A DNA stretch of 64,000 nt, taken from positions 392,983-456,982 of the forward strand of contig CAWIBO010000003.1 in the NCBI GenBank assembly GCA_963834385.1, given 5' to 3'. The stretch comes from an uncultured Verrucomicrobiae bacterium. Lineage in GTDB: Bacteria > Verrucomicrobiota > Verrucomicrobiia > Chthoniobacterales > UBA10450. The first letter of the stretch is position 1. Each line of letters starts with the position of its first letter. Both the position numbers and the translations under genes were made by a program. The notes beneath the pieces were generated by a model. The model was given only the letters and a program-made list of their open reading frames with translations, was not told the origin of the DNA and did no database searches. Below are positions 58,736 to 64,000 of the stretch, piece by piece.

Positions 58736-59581
58736 CTAGCCAGTATTCAAAGGGGAGGGGGTTCCCGCAAGTGCCGGCTGCGGGGTCGATTCCGCCGGGG
58801 TCCACATTTCGTTGAAACGCCGGATGCGATGGGCCCTGCCGGTGGCCTCGTCAATCTCGATGAGCGCGCCGGAAAGGCGGACGGGGCCGGCGGCCACAGG
58901 GAAGGCGGCCGGCATGTTCGAGGCAAACCGGGTCACGATCGGGTTGATGGCGCGTCCGAGGATCGACTCGGCCGGGCCGCACATGCCGGCGTCGCAGAGG
59001 AAGGCGGTGCCGCCGGGGAAAATCTGTTCGTCGGCGGTCTGCACATGGGTGTGGGTGCCGATCACGGCCGAGACGCGTCCATCGAGGAGGCGGCCGAGGG
59101 CGCATTTCTCGCTGGTTGTTTCCGCGTGGACATCCACGAGGATGACGGGCGTTTCGCGGCGCAATTCCTCCACGGCGGCTTCGAGGAGGCGAAACGGGTT
59201 TTCCAGGATGGGCTGCATGAAGGTCCGCCCCTGCACATTGAGGACGCCCACCTTGCCCTTGGCGGTCTCGAGGACGATCGATCCGGCGCCGGGGGTTTCC
59301 GGCGGATAATTCAGCGGCCGGAGCAGGCGCGGCTCGGTCGGGATGAAGTTGACGATGTCCTTCTGGTCCCAGATGTGGTCGCCGGTGGTGATGACGGAAA
59401 CGCCCGCGCGGAGGAGGTCGATGGTGATCCGGGGGGTGATGCCGCGGCCGCCGGCAGCGTTCTCGCCGTTGGCGACAATAAAGTCGACCTGCTCCTGTTT
59501 CTTCAACTCCGGCAGACGCGCGATGACCGCGCTGCGACCGGGTTCGCCGACGATGTCGCCGAGGAAAAGAAGCGTTAGCAT
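58736..59581 (-). CDS. ymdB: YmdB-like metallophosphoesterase (TIGR00282 family, 2',3'-cyclic-nucleotide phosphodiesterase)
   Basis: MLTLLFLGDIVGEPGR...FIVANGENAAGGRGIT...VILVDVHAETTSEK...GTHTHVQTAD is the family pattern. Confidence 0.85.
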   Translation of the reverse strand: MLTLLFLGDIVGEPGRSAVIARLPELKKQEQVDFIVANGENAAGGRGITPRITIDLLRAGVSVITTGDHIWDQKDIVNFIPTEPRLLRPLNYPPETPGAGSIVLETAKGKVGVLNVQGRTFMQPILENPFRLLEAAVEELRRETPVILVDVHAETTSEKCALGRLLDGRVSAVIGTHTHVQTADEQIFPGGTAFLCDAGMCGPAESILGRAINPIVTRFASNMPAAFPVAAGPVRLSGALIEIDEATGRAHRIRRFNEMWTPAESTPQPALAGTPSPLNTG

Positions 59582-59623
59582 TCGGCGAAGGTCGTATTAA
59601 GAAGAGGCCAACGCAAAAGTTCG

Positions 59624-60877
59624 ATGAAGGCCTTTTTTCTTTGTTTCTGTTTTCTTTCCCTGGTCACCGTGCGCGCGGCCGAGAACCTCAGCCCGCTGGG
59701 GACGGCGCCTGACTGGAAAGCGCTGGAACGTTACCAGGAAACCATCACGCACTCCGACTTTCAACGGCTGCTCCGGGGGGTCTACGCCCCGCAGGCCGTG
59801 GATGAAAAAATCATCCGGGTTGGCCCGAAATCGGTGCGGGTGCTGAAGAACCGGGAGGCGGGCACCTATTTCACCCTGCGTTTTGCCGCGAGCGAAGCGG
59901 CGCGCAAACCGATGAGCCGTCTCTGGATGACGGCGGGGAATCTTCCGCCGGCCCGGCCCGGCCTGCCTCTTTCCGATGTGCGCATTGCGCTCGATCCCGG
60001 GCATCTCGGCGGGGAATGGGCAAAAATGGAGGAGCGCTGGTTCCAGGTGGGCGACGCTCCGCCGGTGCAGGAGGGCGACATGACCCTGCGGGTGGCCCAG
60101 ATTCTTGCCGGCAAGCTGGGCGACCTGGGGGCGCGCGTCTCGCTCGTGCGCGACAAGCTCGAGCCGGTAACCAAAAAACGGCCGGACGATTTCACTGCCC
60201 TCGCCAGGAAGATCCTGGCCAAGGCCGGCGTGACGGCGCCGGCGGAGGATTTCGCGGGGCCGGCCGACCTCGAGAAGGAGAAATCGTTGCGCTGGCAGAA
60301 GGAGATCCTTTTCTATCGCAACAGCGAGATCCGGAGCCGGGCGGAGATCGTGAACAAGCGGCTCCGGCCGGACGTGGTCGTGGCTCTGCACTTCAACGCC
60401 GAGCCGTGGGGCGACCCGGCGGCGCCGACGCTGCTGGAGAAAAATCATCTTCACGTTTTGGTCAACGGTTCCTACCTGCCGGCGGAGCTGGAACTCGACG
60501 ATGAACGCTTTGAGATGATGCGCCAGTTGCTCAGCCGCGCCTACGGCGAGGAAGTGACCCTGGCCGAGCGGATCGCGCAGGCCTTCGTCAACCGCACCCG
60601 GCTGCCCGCCTACCAGTATATTACGGACAACGTCACCCCGGTGGGGACCAGCGGCTATGTCTACGCGCGCAATCTGCTCGCCACCCGGCTTTACCAGTGC
60701 CCGGTGGTCTACCTGGAGCCGTACGTCATGAACAGCCGCGAGGTTTTTGAGCGGATCCAGGCCGGTGATTATGAAGGGACACGCCCGGTGGCCGGGGCGG
60801 AACGCCCCTCCATCTTTCGCGAATATGCCGACGCGGTGGCGGAGGGACTTGTCCACCACTACAAGGATCGTCGTTGA
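59624..60877 (+). CDS. Secreted N-acetylmuramoyl-L-alanine amidase-like (Amidase_3-like) protein
   Basis: Signal peptide MKAFFLCFCFLSLVTVRAA, followed by IALDPGHLGGEW...EGDMTLRVAQILAGKL...VVALHFNAEP. Confidence 0.65.
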   Translation: MKAFFLCFCFLSLVTVRAAENLSPLGTAPDWKALERYQETITHSDFQRLLRGVYAPQAVDEKIIRVGPKSVRVLKNREAGTYFTLRFAASEAARKPMSRLWMTAGNLPPARPGLPLSDVRIALDPGHLGGEWAKMEERWFQVGDAPPVQEGDMTLRVAQILAGKLGDLGARVSLVRDKLEPVTKKRPDDFTALARKILAKAGVTAPAEDFAGPADLEKEKSLRWQKEILFYRNSEIRSRAEIVNKRLRPDVVVALHFNAEPWGDPAAPTLLEKNHLHVLVNGSYLPAELELDDERFEMMRQLLSRAYGEEVTLAERIAQAFVNRTRLPAYQYITDNVTPVGTSGYVYARNLLATRLYQCPVVYLEPYVMNSREVFERIQAGDYEGTRPVAGAERPSIFREYADAVAEGLVHHYKDRR

Positions 60878-61969
60878 TCAAAGCGAGTCGATGGCCGCTT
60901 CCAGGCGCGCCAGGGAAACGTCGGAACTGAGCCGGGCCGACCCGAGCCCCGGCGTCACCACAAAACGGACCTGGCCGTTCTCGAATTTTTTGTCGCGGCG
61001 AAGCGCGGCGCGGATTTTGTCACGGGAAAGGTTGGTCGGCAGCTTGACCGGCAAACCGAAGGAAGAAAGGGCGGCGGTGACACGCGCCTGCTCCGGTCGG
61101 GGGAAGCCGGCGCATTCATGGGAGATATTACAGGCGGCGACGATGCCCAGGCTGACGGCTTCGCCGTGCAGGAGCTCACGATAATCGCCCGCGGCCTCCA
61201 CGGCGTGCCCAATGGTATGGCCGAAGTTGAGCAGCGCGCGCCGTCCGTGCAGGTCTTCCGCGTCGGTGGCGACGTGGGCCGCCTTGATCTCCACGTTGCG
61301 CCGGATGAGGGGCGCGAGATTTGTTCGATCGAGGCGCTCCAGGTCATCGAGCAGCGAGGAATCGGCAATGATGGCGTGCTTGATGATCTCGGCGAAGCCC
61401 TGGCTGAGCTGTCGCGGGGGCAGGGTGGCGAGCGTTTCCGTGTCGCTCAGGACCAGGCTGGGCTGGTGCACGGCCCCGGCCAGATTTTTCCCGGCGGCGA
61501 GATTGACCGCGGTTTTGCCGCCAATGGCGCTGTCGACCTGGGCCAGGAGAGTGGTCGGGAGATTAATCCAGGGAATGCCACGATGATAGATCGAGGCGAC
61601 AAACCCGCCGAGATCGCCCACAACCCCGCCGCCCACAGCGACGAGGAAGGAGGAACGGTCGAGCCCGGCGCGCGCCATGCGTTCGCAGAGCGATTCCGCC
61701 TGGGAAAACGATTTTGCCTCCTCGCCCGGCGGGACGGTGAGAAGGATGACCTCGAATCCGGCCTCTTCGAGGCTGGCGCGGACCCGCGGGGCCATGCGGC
61801 GGGCGACAATCTCATCCGTGACAAGGGCGCAGCGCCGGCCGCGAACGAGGCGGGCCGCGCGGGCGCCGGCCTGGCCGAGGAGACCCGGCCCGATCAGGAC
61901 GTCATAGCTGGCCCGGCCGGCCTGGACCGGGACGATTGTTACGGTGGGGCCGCTTCCGTTACGTTCCAG
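60878..61969 (-). CDS. aroB: 3-dehydroquinate synthase (start uncertain)
   Basis: Motifs include VAVGGGVVGDLGGFVAS, LPTTLLAQVDSAIGGKTAVN, LNFGHTIGHAVE and HGEAVSLG. The in-frame region upstream of the ATG at 61795 encodes the conserved N-terminus (TVTIVPVQAGRASYDVLIGPGLL...ALVTDE). No ATG/GTG/TTG is available there, and the nearest candidate is the CTG at 61969. Confidence 0.8.
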   Translation of the reverse strand: MERNGSGPTVTIVPVQAGRASYDVLIGPGLLGQAGARAARLVRGRRCALVTDEIVARRMAPRVRASLEEAGFEVILLTVPPGEEAKSFSQAESLCERMARAGLDRSSFLVAVGGGVVGDLGGFVASIYHRGIPWINLPTTLLAQVDSAIGGKTAVNLAAGKNLAGAVHQPSLVLSDTETLATLPPRQLSQGFAEIIKHAIIADSSLLDDLERLDRTNLAPLIRRNVEIKAAHVATDAEDLHGRRALLNFGHTIGHAVEAAGDYRELLHGEAVSLGIVAACNISHECAGFPRPEQARVTAALSSFGLPVKLPTNLSRDKIRAALRRDKKFENGQVRFVVTPGLGSARLSSDVSLARLEAAIDSL

Positions 61970-62571
61970 TGTTCGTCCCTCAGGTAATCGTTCCAGCTGA
62001 TGGTCTCGGCGCGCTGGTCGCCGAATAAGACATTGATGCGTTTGCGGCCGGCGTGGGTGCCGCCCTGGCTGGTCCCGCCCGGGCTGCTGGCCCCCTTCAA
62101 CACGGTCACGCCCGGTTCATCGGAGTCGGTGGTGCCGTCGAAGGAAACGAAGTCCGAGCTGTCGAGGGCCGGGGCGAAAATGATGAGGACGTTCGCCTCG
62201 GCAACGCTGGTCGAGCTCATGCCGGGCAGGTTCCTGTTCAGGCCGTAGCTGACCGGGGAATTCTCGCCGTCGGGCCCGGGCGCGCGCAGGTCAAAGGGTG
62301 ACTGGAGAATGGTCCAGTTGGTCATGTATTTCGGGTTGAGCTGGGCCATCCAGGTGCGATCGGCGACGAAGTAGTTTCCGTTGTTATCCTGGAGATAGGA
62401 CTGGGTGGCGCTGCCGATCTGGCGGAGTTGCTGCAGATCCTGGGCGGAGCGGGTCCGTTCCTGAAGCCGGTGAAAGACGAAATAGGCGGTGATCGCCAGC
62501 ACCGCAATGACGACCGTGACGACAACGGTCTCCAGAAAGGTGAAACCGGCGTGGGAAGAAGGTCGGCGCAT
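61939..62571 (-). CDS. Prepilin-type N-terminal cleavage/methylation domain protein (type II secretion pseudopilin-like, H-X9-DG-like tail)
   Basis: MRRPSSHAGFTFLETVVVTVVIAVLAI contains the G/FTxxE processing motif. The C-terminus is GGTHAGRKRINVLFGDQRAE. Confidence 0.75.
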   Translation of the reverse strand: MRRPSSHAGFTFLETVVVTVVIAVLAITAYFVFHRLQERTRSAQDLQQLRQIGSATQSYLQDNNGNYFVADRTWMAQLNPKYMTNWTILQSPFDLRAPGPDGENSPVSYGLNRNLPGMSSTSVAEANVLIIFAPALDSSDFVSFDGTTDSDEPGVTVLKGASSPGGTSQGGTHAGRKRINVLFGDQRAETISWNDYLRDEHWNVTEAAPP

Positions 62572-62675
62572 AAGAACCTGCCTCCGTCATCTTAGCCCCG
62601 GGGGCAGGGTTGCCAAGAAAAAGCGACCGCCGGTTCGGCTTGACTATCAGGGGTGTAGGGCAGATCACTTTTTGC

Positions 62676-63113
62676 ATGGCAGATCCTGTTGATTCCACTT
62701 CGCCGCCGCCGCCCGCGCCCTCCGTGCCCTCCTCGGACCCGGGCAGCACCACCGGTCTCCCTTCCAACGTGGCGGCCGCGCTGGCCTGCTTCCCGCTCAT
62801 TGGCGGTCTGATCTTTTATATCATCGAGAAACGGGATGATTTCGTCCGCTTTTACGCGATGCAGTCGATCATCTTCGGCATCGCCTGGTTTCTCTTCAAC
62901 ATCATCTCGGCGATCATGCACGCGATCTTCCACGCCATCCCGGCCATTGGCGGCGTCCTTGTCTTCTTCTGGGCGCTCGTGGCCATGCTGGTTCACATTG
63001 CCTTTCTCGTGGTCCTGATCATTGCCATCGTGAAGGCCCTGAGCGGTGTCCGCTGGGACATTCCCTATCTCGGCCCGCTCGCCCGCCAGCAGATGGGCGG
63101 CAGACCGGCCTAG
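62676..63113 (+). CDS. DUF4870-like membrane protein
   Basis: The ATG at 62676 is followed by a Pro-rich N-terminus, then SNVAAALACFPLIGGLIFYIIEKRDDFVRFYAMQSIIFGI. Confidence 0.6.
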   Translation: MADPVDSTSPPPPAPSVPSSDPGSTTGLPSNVAAALACFPLIGGLIFYIIEKRDDFVRFYAMQSIIFGIAWFLFNIISAIMHAIFHAIPAIGGVLVFFWALVAMLVHIAFLVVLIIAIVKALSGVRWDIPYLGPLARQQMGGRPA

Positions 63114-64000
63114 GCGACGGCTTCTTTTCGCCCGAGAAGTTTTACCACCACCTCGGTCAGGACCAGTTCATGGTCGAGGCTGCTGCTGACGAGCTGCAGG
63201 TTGGCCTCAAGGCAGGCCTCCAGCCCGGCGATCAATTGGGGGACGCTGAAGGCGTGCGCCTGCTGTGCGGCCAGGCCGAGGCTGTAGCCGTTGATGGTGC
63301 CATCCTTTTTTCGCGGCAGATGCGACGTGGCCGCCGCGGGGAGACGGTTTAGCGCGGAGATAAAACTAAAGGGCGCGGAGGGGCGCGGCATGCGGTGCCG
63401 TTCCATCAGGTCCTTGGTCACAAGCAGATTGCGCACGGTCGGGATCATGGCCACGAGCAGGATGCCGATGGCGGATTCGCCCTGGTCGAGCAGTCTTTTG
63501 ACCAGGTGCAGGGCGCGGGCCAGGTCGCGCGCGGCCAGGGCGTTGCTCAGCTCGAAGATGACGCCGGCCCGCGAGATCGGGACCATCTCGGTCACATGCG
63601 AAGCCTCGACCTTGCGCGATTCGCCGAGGTAAAGATCGAGCTTCTCCAGTTCGTTCTCCACCTGCCGCGTGTCGCCGCCGGTGAGAAGAACAAACGAATC
63701 GAGCGCGTCGCCGGCAAAGGTCAGGCCGCGCCGGCGGGCGCGTTCGCGGACCATCTCGGTGGCTTCCTCCTCCCAGCCGCCCCGGCTCGAATCGAGCCGG
63801 TCAAAAACCTGCAGCTCGGCCTGTTTGCTCAGCGCCTTGTAGAACGAACGACGCTTGTCGATTCCCGGCGCGCTCAGGAGAAACGTGATGCTTTCCCCGA
63901 GCCCCGCCTCGAGCACATCCCGCAATTCCTCCAGCGCCCCGAGCACCGTGGCGCTCCCGGCGGTGACGCCGTCGCCAAGAAACGTCGCGCTTTTCAACCA
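63110..64000 (-). CDS. holA: DNA polymerase III delta subunit (partial, N-terminus beyond the window)
   Basis: The ORF is open to the window edge. LLTGGDTRQVENELEKLDLYLG...VIFELSNALAARDLARALHLVKRLLDQGESAIGIL has the HolA domain II/III pattern. Confidence 0.7.
   Translation of the reverse strand, partial: WLKSATFLGDGVTAGSATVLGALEELRDVLEAGLGESITFLLSAPGIDKRRSFYKALSKQAELQVFDRLDSSRGGWEEEATEMVRERARRRGLTFAGDALDSFVLLTGGDTRQVENELEKLDLYLGESRKVEASHVTEMVPISRAGVIFELSNALAARDLARALHLVKRLLDQGESAIGILLVAMIPTVRNLLVTKDLMERHRMPRPSAPFSFISALNRLPAAATSHLPRKKDGTINGYSLGLAAQQAHAFSVPQLIAGLEACLEANLQLVSSSLDHELVLTEVVVKLLGRKEAVA

Overview
High-GC bacterial chromosome segment. My hand counts on a few 60-nt lines gave about 65-67% GC. 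The gene content suggests a Verrucomicrobiota/PVC-type organism, which is an inference: a PEP-CTERM protein next to an exosortase/EpsI gene, a prepilin-type protein with an H-X9-DG-like tail, a PA14-like membrane protein, several ECF sigma factors and secreted TPR proteins. Most of the window is ordinary housekeeping: purS-purQ-bioD, tyrS, tadA, tRNA-Gln, hppA, asnS, a GH31 plus ABC sugar-uptake operon, sppA, glgP, a MATE pump, a rhomboid protease, infC, aroB and holA. Three things stand out. (1) An AT-richer island of about 8.4 kb (about 34.1-42.47 kb, spot counts about 50-53% GC) abuts the 3' end of tRNA-Asp(GUC). It has no integrase. It carries two divergent operons of uncharacterised proteins. 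One has an FtsA/actin-fold ATPase translationally coupled to a BCS1-like AAA+ ATPase, followed by small helical proteins. The other is a five-gene operon containing a DUF1643 (UDG-fold)-like protein and ending in a DUF2779-type protein, which fuses a Cas4-like PD-(D/E)XK nuclease to a DEDD-like exonuclease. This is my best candidate for an undescribed conflict/defence system. (2) An Mpa/ARC-type ring ATPase and a Dop-like Pup-ligase-family enzyme are present without any visible Pup/UBact gene or proteasome subunits. They are split by an opposite-strand glycosyltransferase. (3) There are at least 18 reading-frame disruptions in otherwise well-conserved genes, several of them at G/C homopolymers. 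Nine of them are packed into 2.3 kb covering an ABC substrate-binding protein and one permease. This points to an indel-prone assembly and/or real pseudogenisation, and every frameshifted call below carries that caveat. No CRISPR array, rRNA, transposase or integrase was seen.
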